Source of the DNA: an uncultured Gammaproteobacteria bacterium
GTDB lineage: Bacteria > Pseudomonadota > Gammaproteobacteria > GCA-001735895
Direction: 5' to 3'
NCBI GenBank assembly: GCA_947259485.1
Contig: CAMYLU010000005.1
Span: 72,714 to 136,713, forward strand
Length of the DNA stretch: 64,000 nt
A model generated the notes under the pieces. It saw only the letters and a list, made by a program, of their open reading frames with translations. It did not search any database and had not been told where the DNA came from. Position numbers and translations under genes: made by a program. Numbering within the stretch: the stretch's first letter is position 1; the number at the start of each line of letters is the position of its first letter. This document shows positions 46,690-57,385 of the stretch, piece after piece.

Positions 46690-47616
46690 TCATTGCACCG
46701 TATCATCGGGGCTCATGCCCGGAGGCTCCGTGTGCACGCGACCACCTTTGACGGTTTCACGGTAGATGATGTAGAGCCCGCTCGAGATTACGATGACGGC
46801 GCCAACGAGGGTAAAGGCATCGGGTAGTTCTCCCCACACCAGGTACCCGATCAGGGTTGCCCAGATCAATGCGGAATATTCAAACGGTGAGATAACTGCC
46901 GCCGGCCCCAGGCGAAAGGCATGGGTCAAACACATCACCCCGACGCTGCCGAACATTCCCGCCAGCGCAAACAGTCCAAGATCACCCAGGCTCGGTGTCA
47001 CCCAGAAAAACGGTACAAGTATAAATCCGGTCAGCGACATACCCAACTGCGGATAAAGCATCAGGGCGGCGGTTTGCTCAGTCGTCTTGTAAGCGCGGGT
47101 GGTAATCATCAGCAGCGAATAAAACACGACACTGCCTATCACCACCAGGCCTGCCCACTGGAAAACGCCGAAACCGGGGCGCAACATGATTAACACACCG
47201 CAAAACCCAATACTAATTGCCACCCAGCGATGCAAGCCTACCGATTCCTTCAACAGCGGTACCGAAAGCGCGGTGATGAAGATTGGCGCGGCGAAGGTAA
47301 TTGCTATCGCATCCACCAGTTTCATTTGCGAAAGCGCCCAGAAAAAACTGAAGCTGAGTCCGAATACCAGCAGGTAGCGTCCGACATGGACGAGCGGGCG
47401 TCTTGTTTTGAGCATCTTCGGCCCTCCCCCGCGCAGTGCAAATATGCACAGCAGCGGCAGACCAAACCAGCTGCGCAAGGCGACTATCTGCGCCACCGGG
47501 TAATCGGCAGTCAGCCACTTGATGGTCGCATCCATCAGCGCAAATCCGGCGATGCCCGTGAGCATCAGAACGATACCCAGCGCGGGTCTGTCGACGCTAT
47601 CGGTTATAACAGTCAT
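46690..47616 (-). CDS. DMT-superfamily (EamA-like) transporter
   Basis: 10 TM helices with two EamA repeats. Confidence 0.75.
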   Translation of the reverse strand: MTVITDSVDRPALGIVLMLTGIAGFALMDATIKWLTADYPVAQIVALRSWFGLPLLCIFALRGGGPKMLKTRRPLVHVGRYLLVFGLSFSFFWALSQMKLVDAIAITFAAPIFITALSVPLLKESVGLHRWVAISIGFCGVLIMLRPGFGVFQWAGLVVIGSVVFYSLLMITTRAYKTTEQTAALMLYPQLGMSLTGFILVPFFWVTPSLGDLGLFALAGMFGSVGVMCLTHAFRLGPAAVISPFEYSALIWATLIGYLVWGELPDAFTLVGAVIVISSGLYIIYRETVKGGRVHTEPPGMSPDDTVQ

Positions 47617-47751
47617 CGGGGGTTATGAACTCAACGGGGGATAAAGTTATCTGCTCGAAGTTTCAAATGCACCTATACCATGAAACAAACCCCAAGGTGT
47701 ATATTTTTTGGCTAATCGGCAGACCCTGCAATTCGACCGGGAAAATCCCGG

Positions 47752-50700
47752 TTAGAGGTAATGCTTGTAACGCAGCGTGTAGTAAAGCATCGGAATGACG
47801 ACCAGTGTCAACAGGGTCGATATCAGGATGCCGAAGATCAACGCTATCGCCAGTCCATTGAAGATCGGATCATCAAGAATGAAAACTGCGCCCAGTATCG
47901 CCGCCAGCGCGGTCAATGCAATCGGCCGCGCCCGGACGGCGGCAGCCTGAATGACTGCTTCCTTGAAATCCATACCTTTACCCGATTGTTCGTTGATAAA
48001 ATCCACCAGCAGAATCGAGTTACGCACGATAATACCCGCGAGCGCTATCATGCCGATCATCGAGGTAGCGGTAAACTGTGCGCCGAGCAACGCGTTACCG
48101 GGCAATACCCCGATCACGGTGAGTGGAATCGGTGCCATGATCACCAGGGGCACGGAGTAGGATTTGAACTGCGCGACTACGAGCAGGTAAATCATCAACA
48201 AACCGACCGAGTAAGCGATGCCCATATCGCGAAAGGTTTCATAGGTCACCTGCCACTCTCCATCCCATTTCAGGCTGTATTGATATGGATTATCGGGTTG
48301 GTTGATCATGTACTGCTCGATTGGCGCGTCCAGCAATGGTGACACAATTTCCTGCTTCAACTCCGTTAATACGTCAAACATACCGTATAGCGGACTATCG
48401 AGTTCGCCGGCCATATCGGCGGTGACAAATACCACCGGCAGCAGGTCTTTATGATAAATACTGTTCTCGTTGCGGGTTTCCAGCAGGGTTACTACTTCGG
48501 ATAGCGGGACCAGGTCCCGGTTCGCCGAGCGCAGCTTGAGTGACAGGATACTGGTGATGTCCGCCTTGTCACCTTCCGCCAGTTCGAGCCGCAGCGGAAC
48601 CGGGTATTTCTGGTTATCACGATGCAGGTAACCCACGTCCTCGCCATCGACCAGGGTAGCAACGGCATTCGCGATAACCGCCTGGTTCAGACCGAGGCGC
48701 GTCGCCTTGGCACGATCGATTGCCAGCACCAAGCGTTCGGATTCCGATTCGCTGCTATCGTCAATATCGACGATACCGGGGGTGCGCTTCAGCACCTTGC
48801 CGATATCTCTTGCAACCTGTATCTGCCCCGCATAGTCGATACCATAGACCTCCGCGACCAATGGCGCCTGCACTGGCGGGCCGGGCGGGACCTCGACAAT
48901 CTTGACATTCGCACCATGGGCATTGCCGATGCGCTGTAACGGTTCGCGTAACGCCAGGGCAATATCGTGGCTCTTGCGATCACGCTCCGACTTGTGCTGC
49001 AGGTTAACCTGGATATCAGACAGGTTTGAAGCTGCACGCAGGTAATACTGGCGTACCAGGCCGTTGAAATTAATCGGCGCAGCGGTACCGACATAACCCT
49101 GGTAATCGGTGACCTCGGGTACGGTCGCAATCCAGTTGCCCAGTTCGGTGATCACCCGCGCATTCTGCTCCAGGCTGCTGCCCTCGGGCATATCGACAAT
49201 GATCTGGACCTCCGATTTGTTATCAAACGGCAACATCTTCAACACCACCAGTTTGAATCCGGCGAGGCTTAGCGAGCCCAGGATCAATAAAATGATTACC
49301 AGTAACAGTAACCAGCGATTACGCCTTCCGCGGACATCGTCCAGTAACGGGTCGAACAAGCGTTTGAATAGCGGGTATAGAGGCTGACCGGCAGCAGGTT
49401 CCGCCGCGGTGGTATGGGGTTTCCGTCCCAGCAATTTCAAACTGAGCCAGGGCGTTACCACGAAGGCCACGGCCAGCGAGATCAGCATACCAATACTGGC
49501 ATTGATCGGGATCGGGCTCATGTACGGCCCCATTAAGCCGGTTACGAAGGCCATCGGCAGCAGCGCCGCAACCACGGCGAAGGTCGCCAGTATGGTGGGC
49601 CCGCCAACCTCATCGACGGCGAGTGGGATCGCTTCGACCAGGCTGTTTTTACCCAGTTGCATGTGCCGGTGGATGTTCTCGACCACGACAATGGCGTCGT
49701 CGACAAGGATCCCGATCGAAAAGATCAGTGCGAACAATGAAACACGGTTCAGGGTAAAACCCCAGGCCCAGGACGCAAACAGTGTCATCGCCAGCGTGAC
49801 CACGATCGCCACTCCGACGATAACGGCCTCTCGCAAGCCGAGCGTAACCACAACCAGCAACACCACGACTGCGGTTGCTAACACCAGCTTTTGAATCAGG
49901 GTCAGGGCTTTTTCGTTGGCGGTCGCTCCGTAATTACGCGTCACCGTGACTTCGACCCCTTCGGGGATCACGATCCCGCGCAGTTGATCGATACGACCAA
50001 TCACTTCATCGGCCACCTCGATCGCATTACTGCCCGGTTTCTTCGCAATCGCAAGCGTCACCGCGGGGAATTGACCTTGCACACTAATACCCTTGTCAGT
50101 AGCCGCCGGGCCGGTACCGAACCAGACATATTGGTCGGCCTGCGATGGCGTGATTTCGATGGTAGCGATATCGCCAAGCGCAATTGGAACGCCATCGGAT
50201 AGTCCAATGATGAGATCCTGGATTTCCGCAGCCTCGCTCAGGAAGGTGCCGGACTGCAGGTTGATTTCAAGATTGTCCCGCACCAGTTTACCGGCATCGC
50301 GTGACTGGTTCGCGGCAAAAATTCCAGCCTTGACCTGTTCCAGGTCAATATTGAATCCAGCCAGCTTTACCGGATCGAGCAGTATTCTGATCGCCTGGCG
50401 GGTGCCGCCGATCGAGTAAATATCACGTGTGCCGGGTACGCGTTTGAGCTCGGCCTCGAGTGAATGTGCAACCTGCAGCAACTCGATGCCGCCGCGCTGC
50501 GGATCCTGGCTCCACAACGTCAATGCCACGATCGGTACATCGTCGATACCTCTTGGCTTTATGATTGGCTGCCCGACACCCATGTTGGCGGGCAACCAGT
50601 CGGCATTGGAAAACACCTTATTGTAAAGCCGCACGATGGCCTGCGAGCGTTCTTCACCCACCTCGAACTGGACTGTCAGGATAGCAATACCGGGTTTCGA

Positions 50701-50970
50701 TACCGAGTAGACATGTTCGATACCGGCAATTTCGGAGAGCACCTGCTCGGCGGGCGTGCTAACCACCTGTTCCACTTCGTATGCGGTCGCTCCGGGAAAC
50801 GGCACGAATACATTGGCGAAGGTAACATTGATTTGCGGTTCTTCCTCGCGCGGCGTCACCATTACCGCAAAAACACCCATTAACAGTCCGATCAGCGCCA
50901 ACAGCGGAGTGATCTCGGACTGTAGAAAGGTTTTCGCCACCCAACCGGATGGCCCCAGCGACTGGCTCAT
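47752..50970 (-). CDS. RND efflux transporter permease (AcrB/CzcA superfamily)
   Basis: 1072 aa with 12 TM helices and two large periplasmic loops. The start overlaps the MFP stop by 4 nt. Confidence 0.9.
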   Translation of the reverse strand: MSQSLGPSGWVAKTFLQSEITPLLALIGLLMGVFAVMVTPREEEPQINVTFANVFVPFPGATAYEVEQVVSTPAEQVLSEIAGIEHVYSVSKPGIAILTVQFEVGEERSQAIVRLYNKVFSNADWLPANMGVGQPIIKPRGIDDVPIVALTLWSQDPQRGGIELLQVAHSLEAELKRVPGTRDIYSIGGTRQAIRILLDPVKLAGFNIDLEQVKAGIFAANQSRDAGKLVRDNLEINLQSGTFLSEAAEIQDLIIGLSDGVPIALGDIATIEITPSQADQYVWFGTGPAATDKGISVQGQFPAVTLAIAKKPGSNAIEVADEVIGRIDQLRGIVIPEGVEVTVTRNYGATANEKALTLIQKLVLATAVVVLLVVVTLGLREAVIVGVAIVVTLAMTLFASWAWGFTLNRVSLFALIFSIGILVDDAIVVVENIHRHMQLGKNSLVEAIPLAVDEVGGPTILATFAVVAALLPMAFVTGLMGPYMSPIPINASIGMLISLAVAFVVTPWLSLKLLGRKPHTTAAEPAAGQPLYPLFKRLFDPLLDDVRGRRNRWLLLLVIILLILGSLSLAGFKLVVLKMLPFDNKSEVQIIVDMPEGSSLEQNARVITELGNWIATVPEVTDYQGYVGTAAPINFNGLVRQYYLRAASNLSDIQVNLQHKSERDRKSHDIALALREPLQRIGNAHGANVKIVEVPPGPPVQAPLVAEVYGIDYAGQIQVARDIGKVLKRTPGIVDIDDSSESESERLVLAIDRAKATRLGLNQAVIANAVATLVDGEDVGYLHRDNQKYPVPLRLELAEGDKADITSILSLKLRSANRDLVPLSEVVTLLETRNENSIYHKDLLPVVFVTADMAGELDSPLYGMFDVLTELKQEIVSPLLDAPIEQYMINQPDNPYQYSLKWDGEWQVTYETFRDMGIAYSVGLLMIYLLVVAQFKSYSVPLVIMAPIPLTVIGVLPGNALLGAQFTATSMIGMIALAGIIVRNSILLVDFINEQSGKGMDFKEAVIQAAAVRARPIALTALAAILGAVFILDDPIFNGLAIALIFGILISTLLTLVVIPMLYYTLRYKHYL

Positions 50971-52007
50971 TGGGCAGTATCCAACTGGCGCTTGTGTTCG
51001 ATTCCGGCGCGCACCGGGTCGAGCGCAATAGTTTCACCTTCACCGAGCCCGGCAAGAATCTCAACCTGGTCGCCAATTCGATTGCCGGGACGCACCTGTC
51101 GAAAAGAGAGTCTCCCCGCCGCATCAAGCACATAAACCGCGTTGACTTCCGACCGCGAAACCAGCGCACGTTGTGGCAATAACAGGCGCTCGGTGGCACC
51201 GATTTTCAGCGCCACCTTGACCAGCATACCCGGAAACAGTCCCTGTTTCATTTCAGGCAAGTCCAGTCGTACGGGAAAACTATGGTTCTGCGGATTCGCG
51301 AATGGATGAATGGTAATCCTGGTGACTTCGACCGAGCGACCATCCTCGAGCAGAACCACACGGGCGAGGCCATGAGTTCGCAGCCCACCGATAATCGACT
51401 GCGGCACGTTGGCGCTGACACGCAACTGCCCTAGCGCATAGCCGGTCATGATTGGCTGGCCCGGGGCAACGCTTTCTCCCGGTTCGACATGACGTTCAAC
51501 CACTACCCCGCTATAGGGTGCGCGCACCACGGTGTAGCCTAACTGCTCTTCAGCCTGGGCAAGATTAGCTTGCGCCGAAGCCGCGCGAGCCTTTGCCGCC
51601 TTCAGGTTAGCGCTGGCCTTGTCGAGTACTGCCTGTGATATCAGTTTTTGCTTGTGTAAATCCTGGTTACGTCTGAATTCAAGCTGCGTATCCTGCAGAT
51701 TGGCCTTTGCCTCGTCGAGTGCAGCGATCGCTTTTTGCTGCTGTGCGCGGTATTCCCGGTCCCTTATGGTCAACACCACCTGGCCCTGCTCGACGAAATC
51801 ATCGACGTCAAAGTTGACGCTTTCTATTTTGCCGACAACCTCGGCGGATAGCGTCGCCTGTTGACGTGCCTCGACAACACCATCAACCCAATACTCGAGC
51901 GGCATTGCCATCCGTTTCGAGGTTATGGTCTGCAATTGTTCTGCCGTATGTCCCGGACCTGCAAACAATCCCAGGCACAAGACGATAATCATAGGCACGA
52001 GCCGCAT
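50967..52007 (-). CDS. RND efflux periplasmic adaptor (membrane fusion protein, HlyD/AcrA family)
   Basis: Signal peptide, a coiled-coil hairpin (the LDKASANLKAAKARAASAQANLAQAEEQL region) and beta-barrel domains. Confidence 0.85.
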   Translation of the reverse strand: MRLVPMIIVLCLGLFAGPGHTAEQLQTITSKRMAMPLEYWVDGVVEARQQATLSAEVVGKIESVNFDVDDFVEQGQVVLTIRDREYRAQQQKAIAALDEAKANLQDTQLEFRRNQDLHKQKLISQAVLDKASANLKAAKARAASAQANLAQAEEQLGYTVVRAPYSGVVVERHVEPGESVAPGQPIMTGYALGQLRVSANVPQSIIGGLRTHGLARVVLLEDGRSVEVTRITIHPFANPQNHSFPVRLDLPEMKQGLFPGMLVKVALKIGATERLLLPQRALVSRSEVNAVYVLDAAGRLSFRQVRPGNRIGDQVEILAGLGEGETIALDPVRAGIEHKRQLDTAQ

Positions 52008-52135
52008 TTGGAACTCCCGGTTACTTAGTGAACCACATTTGGTCTAGTATATTAGAAATTTCTAATATAGATTCAATACCACCTTAGAGGTAGTATTCCC
52101 GGATACAACCAAGACTTGTTGATGCCGGACAATTT

Positions 52136-53932
52136 ATGCAAATATTCAGAATCCTGATAACAACATCCCTGGCACTGATCATCAACCTCGGGGCGACTGG
52201 TGCCTGGGCATCCAACCAGCTCGCCGGTCATCCCTCGCCTTACCTGGCGTTACATGCCGGGGATCCGGTCAACTGGCGGCCATGGCAGGCCGAGGTTTTT
52301 AAAGATGCCAGGCAGGACAAGCGCCTGGTATACGTTTCGGTCGGTTATTTTTCCTGCCACTGGTGCCACGTGATGCAACAGGAAAGTTACCAGGATGAGG
52401 GTATCGCGAAGCTTCTTAACCAGAGCTACATCGCGGTTAAGGTCGATCGTGAACTCGACCCGGACCTGGATCGGCGCCTGATCGAATTTGTCGAGAAGAC
52501 ACGCGGTTCGGCTGGCTGGCCGTTGAACGTATTTCTGACCCCAGATGGTTACCCGGTGGCTGGTTTCACCTACTTGCCGAGCGATGTTTTCGCCAACGTA
52601 CTGCAGGAGCTCGATGATGCCTGGCAAAAAGACCAGGATCAGCTTGCCGACGCCGCACGTAACTTTTTTGAAACCCAGATGCAGGACAAGGAAAACCAGG
52701 CTTTCCTGGCACCACAAATTCCGTCCCAGGAGATGATTGGCGCATTTGTCTCGCAAACCATGCTGCTAGCAGACGAATTGCAAGGAGGCATCGGAAATGC
52801 CAGCAAGTTCCCTAACGTACCGCAGCTCGATACGCTGCTCACAATCATCCAGCAGAATCCGGAGCTCGATAAGGATGTTGTCGATTTCGTGCAACTAACC
52901 TTGCACATGATGGCGTCGAAAAACCTGCAAGATCACGTCAACAGCGGCTTTTTTCGCTACACCACCGATCCAGACTGGTATACGCCCCACTTCGAGAAAA
53001 TGCTCTACGACAATGCTCAGCTTGCAATGCTTTATTTGCGAGCACATGAACTCTGGCCCGACCAGGGCCATGCTGACATCGCCAGGCGCACACTCGATTT
53101 TGTCGAGGCCAGTTTAAAACATCCCGATGGTGGATATATGTCGAGCCTGTCCGCGGTAGACGTCGACAACAAGGAAGGCGGCGCCTATTTCTGGAGCCGC
53201 GAGCAGCTTTTTGCAGTGCTTGAAGACCAGGAAGTAGAATACCTGTTAAAACTATGGCCTGTCGAAACCAAAAACGGCGAGTTCCTGATTAAACCACTGA
53301 CCGGCCAGGGCGCTTCCGGCGAATCGGCAAAAAATCTGACCATCCTCGAGAAACTGCGATCTCGAGGCAGCAAAAGCATGCCAATTGATGACAAACGCCT
53401 GGCCAGCTGGAACGCGATGATGCTGGATGCGCTGACCACGGCATCAGAAATCGATTCGCGCTATGCCGAACGCGCCCGCACCCTGTTTCGATTCATGCGC
53501 AAAAATTTCTATCGCGCCGACTCGCTGATTCGATTTGCCGGCAATGCCGAGACTGCCGACGCGGTACTCGAAGACTATGCCCAGGTAGCTAAGTCCTTTC
53601 TCAATTTCGGCAAACGTTTTGAAAGCGAAGATGCTACCCGGCTTGCGATGCAACTGACTGAAAGTGCTTATGCTCTGTTTCTGAAAGATGGCCGCTGGCA
53701 ACAGAAAGCCCAGTCTTTAATCCCTATTTCGCCGGGAAAATGGATCATTCCCGACCAGGTATTTTTTTCACCGATGACCCTCTGGATAGAGGTGGCACTT
53801 GAGGCTCCAGGACTGAATCCGGCGGTGCGTGCCGGCGCTATTGAAATGCTGCAACGGGCAACTCGTGAAATGCTCGACTCCCCTTACCTTTACGGCAGTT
53901 TCATCATGCTGCGCGCAAATAACCAGGGTTAA
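52136..53932 (+). CDS. Thioredoxin-domain protein of the DUF255/YyaL (SPATA20-like) family with an N-terminal signal peptide
   Basis: The YVSVGYFSCHWCHVM thioredoxin-like motif is followed by a six-hairpin glycosidase-like domain. An N-terminal cleavable signal (AWA) is present. Confidence 0.7.
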   Translation: MQIFRILITTSLALIINLGATGAWASNQLAGHPSPYLALHAGDPVNWRPWQAEVFKDARQDKRLVYVSVGYFSCHWCHVMQQESYQDEGIAKLLNQSYIAVKVDRELDPDLDRRLIEFVEKTRGSAGWPLNVFLTPDGYPVAGFTYLPSDVFANVLQELDDAWQKDQDQLADAARNFFETQMQDKENQAFLAPQIPSQEMIGAFVSQTMLLADELQGGIGNASKFPNVPQLDTLLTIIQQNPELDKDVVDFVQLTLHMMASKNLQDHVNSGFFRYTTDPDWYTPHFEKMLYDNAQLAMLYLRAHELWPDQGHADIARRTLDFVEASLKHPDGGYMSSLSAVDVDNKEGGAYFWSREQLFAVLEDQEVEYLLKLWPVETKNGEFLIKPLTGQGASGESAKNLTILEKLRSRGSKSMPIDDKRLASWNAMMLDALTTASEIDSRYAERARTLFRFMRKNFYRADSLIRFAGNAETADAVLEDYAQVAKSFLNFGKRFESEDATRLAMQLTESAYALFLKDGRWQQKAQSLIPISPGKWIIPDQVFFSPMTLWIEVALEAPGLNPAVRAGAIEMLQRATREMLDSPYLYGSFIMLRANNQG

Positions 53933-54185
53933 AGTGTTTTGACCAATTGCCCGGGCGTTTGATATTGGACATCTTCAATGTCGCAACGTTAAAGGCATTT
54001 TTTTTTTCTTTATTACCAACTCAATGAAATTTAGTGAATTTGTCTCAACTCAAAACTACTAATAGAAAAAGCCTTATGATAAATTGTACTTTATTAATTC
54101 GGTACCTCGCTATTTCTGTCGTTTCAAGGACAATGCTAGCATCCCCAATTCACAAGGTATAAAGACAACACAGGGCAATTCAGGC

Positions 54186-55589
54186 ATGAAAAAATTTCAA
54201 TTAATTCTTTGTTATGGTCTCGCACTGACGCTTTCAGGTTGCGCTAGCACGGAAAAGGCCGAGCCTGTACCGATCGCTGAATTGAAAGCAGCGGTCGCAG
54301 AGGTTGCCGGATTAATGAAAGAAGCCGATATAGTTCAGGCCGACCTGCTATCCCACGATGAATATGTGAAAGGTTCGAATTACCTGGCGAAAGCCCGCCG
54401 AAGCATGTCGGGCTACCAGCAAGCGGATTACATCCTTGAAAAATCCGCCCTCGGCAAAGCACAATTTCAGCAAGCGTTGAAAAATTCCAAGACCCGAACT
54501 CCCAACGCTTTTCGCATACTCGAGGCCAGGCATTCTGCACTCGACGCCGGTTTGAAAAACAGTGAAGATTTGGCAGATGCACTGGCAGATGTTGATGACG
54601 ATTTAAGGGATGAAACAGACGACTTTGCTCGAGCCCTTGAACCGAAAGAGTTCTCTGAATTTCAAAAAAAATACTTCGCGCTAGAGATTGAAGCGATCCA
54701 GTTCAGGGAGCTCGATGCTGTTAAAGATGCCATACAGAAAGCAGTCAGACAGGATGCAGAGGACCTCGCTCCGGAATCGTTGAGGGCAGCTCTACTGGAC
54801 GTTAGCGAAGCTGAGAATTTGATTGCTCAAAGTCCTCGAAACCCCAGGATTCACGAGGACAGTGTAACCTGGGCGACGGAAAGTTCGGTTTTGCTGACCG
54901 ATGTGATGGACGTAATTCTAGACGCCCCGGGAACGCCTGAGGATATTGCGTTAAAAATAGTTAAACAAAATCGGGAGTTAGCCAAACTTTCTGAAGACGT
55001 CGGTAGCCTGGAACAAAACCTGAAGTCGACCCAGTCGAGCTTGATGGAAAAGGAAGGCGTACTTAAACAGCAAAACCAGGAACTGGAGTCAACCCGCTCA
55101 AATTTGCAGGAAACAGAAAGTGCACTGCTTTTACAAAACCAGGAGCTGGAGAGGTCCTCCACGCAGGTCAGGTTCCAGAAAGCGATGGACCAGGCGGTGC
55201 AAGAATTTCCTGATGATGAAGCCGCGGTCTATCAGCAAGGCAGTAAACTGATCTTCAGGCTCAAGAAAATGAATTTCGCAACAGGGTCTGCAACCATTCC
55301 AGCAGCTTCAAAGTCAATGTTAAAAAAGGTCAATGACATCATAAGATTTATCGGCGCTGAAATAGTTGCAGTGGAAGGACATACCGACTCAGTCGGCGCG
55401 GACAAATTAAATAAAGATCTTTCAACCAAGAGAGCAATCTCGGTAGCAGACTACCTGGCGTCACTTGCGGGTGGTTACAAAATTGGCTATATCGGTTATG
55501 GCGAGTCCAGGCCCATTGCCTCCAACGAAACAAACGAAGGACGCGCGATAAATCGCCGCGTAGACCTGGTGGTAACCGCCAAGAAATAG
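54186..55589 (+). CDS. OmpA-family peptidoglycan-binding lipoprotein with a long coiled-coil
   Basis: Lipobox LTLSGC. A long central coiled-coil is followed by a C-terminal OmpA-like domain (VEGHTDSVGADKLNKDLSTKRAISVADYL...RRVDLVV). Confidence 0.75.
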   Translation: MKKFQLILCYGLALTLSGCASTEKAEPVPIAELKAAVAEVAGLMKEADIVQADLLSHDEYVKGSNYLAKARRSMSGYQQADYILEKSALGKAQFQQALKNSKTRTPNAFRILEARHSALDAGLKNSEDLADALADVDDDLRDETDDFARALEPKEFSEFQKKYFALEIEAIQFRELDAVKDAIQKAVRQDAEDLAPESLRAALLDVSEAENLIAQSPRNPRIHEDSVTWATESSVLLTDVMDVILDAPGTPEDIALKIVKQNRELAKLSEDVGSLEQNLKSTQSSLMEKEGVLKQQNQELESTRSNLQETESALLLQNQELERSSTQVRFQKAMDQAVQEFPDDEAAVYQQGSKLIFRLKKMNFATGSATIPAASKSMLKKVNDIIRFIGAEIVAVEGHTDSVGADKLNKDLSTKRAISVADYLASLAGGYKIGYIGYGESRPIASNETNEGRAINRRVDLVVTAKK

Positions 55590-55599
55590 TTGCCGGATT

Positions 55600-56097
55600 T
55601 CAACCACCCTCCTGGTCCGCGCTCGATTTGTTTGACTTGATATCGCGCTGTATGGATTCGAATTCGATTTCGGTCTTGTTAGCCGAACCACCGACTCTCG
55701 GCTTGCCCACAAACCGCTCTCCCTGTTGCTGTCGCCGCATCGTATCGTCAACCTGTTGGTGCAGTAGCTTTTTATAAGGCAATCGAAATGAGCGCGGCAC
55801 GAGTTGATTCCCGTCGAGATCCCTGACCCAGAGGTAAATAGTGCCGGATTCATCGCTTTTCAGATTCGGTTCAACCACGATACTGCTAATCAACTCAAAG
55901 TTCCGCGGTATTCCGTTTGCGGCCGGCCAACCAAGATAGTCCTGTAATGCATTGTAATGCCAGAGATAGAATCCAAAACACAGGAATGCCAGCACCAGCT
56001 TGAGTCCGGGACCAATATCACTTCTGAATAGTGCGAGTAGTACCAGGAACAGCAAAAATACGTAAGCCAGGGCCAATGCAAGTAATGAAGCGATCAC
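55600..56097 (-). CDS. Membrane protein (2 TM plus soluble tail), third gene of the ExbB-like module
   Basis: Hydrophobic N-terminus. Its 4-nt overlap with the upstream gene suggests translational coupling. Confidence 0.5.
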   Translation of the reverse strand: MIASLLALALAYVFLLFLVLLALFRSDIGPGLKLVLAFLCFGFYLWHYNALQDYLGWPAANGIPRNFELISSIVVEPNLKSDESGTIYLWVRDLDGNQLVPRSFRLPYKKLLHQQVDDTMRRQQQGERFVGKPRVGGSANKTEIEFESIQRDIKSNKSSADQEGG

Positions 56098-56735
56098 AGT
56101 GATTGCTCCGATTCCGGTGCAAGCTGTTCGGGATCAAGCCGATACGGAGTCAGTATCTTGGATAACTGGTTCATGGCTACGATTTCACCGTTGCCATCGA
56201 GCTCGAAGCGCAACACCGTCTTTTCATCATCCACCTTGTCCAGTACGAGTTGATCGATATACACCAACCGCAGCACCGGGTTAACCTTTTCGATCTTGAC
56301 CACCGTTTTAACCGGTTGCTTGCTCACCGACTGGTAGTAATGCAGGTTGACTATGTATTCTCCCGAAATAATGCCGCGAATCGTAACCACTTCCTGGTTG
56401 ATCGGATGCACCACTTTCTTGCCGTTGATCATGACCGTGTCATTCAGATCGCCGCGGTCGTCGCGATCCAGGTTCAGCCAACCGGCTTCTTTACGCAAGT
56501 AGGAAACCGTTTCCCGGTAAGGGTCCTGAACCCACAGGTCGACATCATCGGGCTGATCCTCGGGCCAGCTCACGGTGATGATGTACTCCGCCTTGTAATT
56601 AATATTGCCAAGTTTGGCGATCGGATTCATGAACAGTATCGCAATGAAAAATAACAGGGTAAAACCAAGCAGGGTATTGAAAAGCAGATCGGTAAACGGA
56701 TCTGCCAACTGGTGATGGCGACGGCTTATTCTCAC
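56094..56735 (-). CDS. Single-pass membrane protein with an ExbD/TolR-like N-terminal TM segment and an unrelated 170-aa periplasmic domain
   Basis: DPFTDLLFNTLLGFTLLFFIAILFM resembles the ExbD/TolR TM region. 4-nt overlaps on both sides. Confidence 0.5.
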   Translation of the reverse strand: MRISRRHHQLADPFTDLLFNTLLGFTLLFFIAILFMNPIAKLGNINYKAEYIITVSWPEDQPDDVDLWVQDPYRETVSYLRKEAGWLNLDRDDRGDLNDTVMINGKKVVHPINQEVVTIRGIISGEYIVNLHYYQSVSKQPVKTVVKIEKVNPVLRLVYIDQLVLDKVDDEKTVLRFELDGNGEIVAMNQLSKILTPYRLDPEQLAPESEQSL

Positions 56736-57385
56736 CGGGACGTGACCTGGTAGGTTTGTTCGCGCACGTCATCGAGCAGGTTGTCTACACTCCAGTCGAG
56801 CAGCTGGTACTTGATGTTTAGCAGCACCCCGCAGCTCATACCGGTCAGGGTTGTAAATAATGCGACCTTCATCCCCCCGCTCATCTGCGTCAGCAGTTTC
56901 TGCATCACGTTGATATCGATACTGTTAAGGTCTACCAGCGAACCCAGCATGAAAATAAAACCGATCACGGTTCCGAGCAGGCCCAGCTTGAGCATCAAAT
57001 CGGCAACCACGTAACCAAACCTGAATTGCCCACGGCAGCGACCGTCAAGCACCTCGATCAGCATCTCGCTGGAGTCGTCGCTTTCGCTGCTCGGCCGCCG
57101 CAGTAGCGAAAAGTAGCGCTGTACGTTACTGCGGAGTTTGCCCGTGGAGGTATCTGCGTTCAGGTCATTGCTTTCGATCGACAGGGTGTATGACACCAGC
57201 ATCACGTGTAAACTGGCGACGAGGTAAATCCCCAGGATGGCTCGCGAAATGAAGCTGTAGTCCTCGGCCAACAGAACCTGCAATAATCCCGCGTCGGTCA
57301 GCAGGTAAATAATAAAGAGCTCAATACCGAGCAGGCCGCTGGATATCAGTAACAGGCCGAAAGGTTTGTCGATAATCAATTTCAT
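56732..57385 (-). CDS. MotA/TolQ/ExbB-family proton-channel protein
   Basis: C-terminal LGLLGTVIGFIFMLGSL...MSGGMKVALFTTLTGMSCGVLLNIKY matches the TolQ/ExbB TM2-TM3 signature. Size is 217 aa. Confidence 0.7.
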   Translation of the reverse strand: MKLIIDKPFGLLLISSGLLGIELFIIYLLTDAGLLQVLLAEDYSFISRAILGIYLVASLHVMLVSYTLSIESNDLNADTSTGKLRSNVQRYFSLLRRPSSESDDSSEMLIEVLDGRCRGQFRFGYVVADLMLKLGLLGTVIGFIFMLGSLVDLNSIDINVMQKLLTQMSGGMKVALFTTLTGMSCGVLLNIKYQLLDWSVDNLLDDVREQTYQVTSR

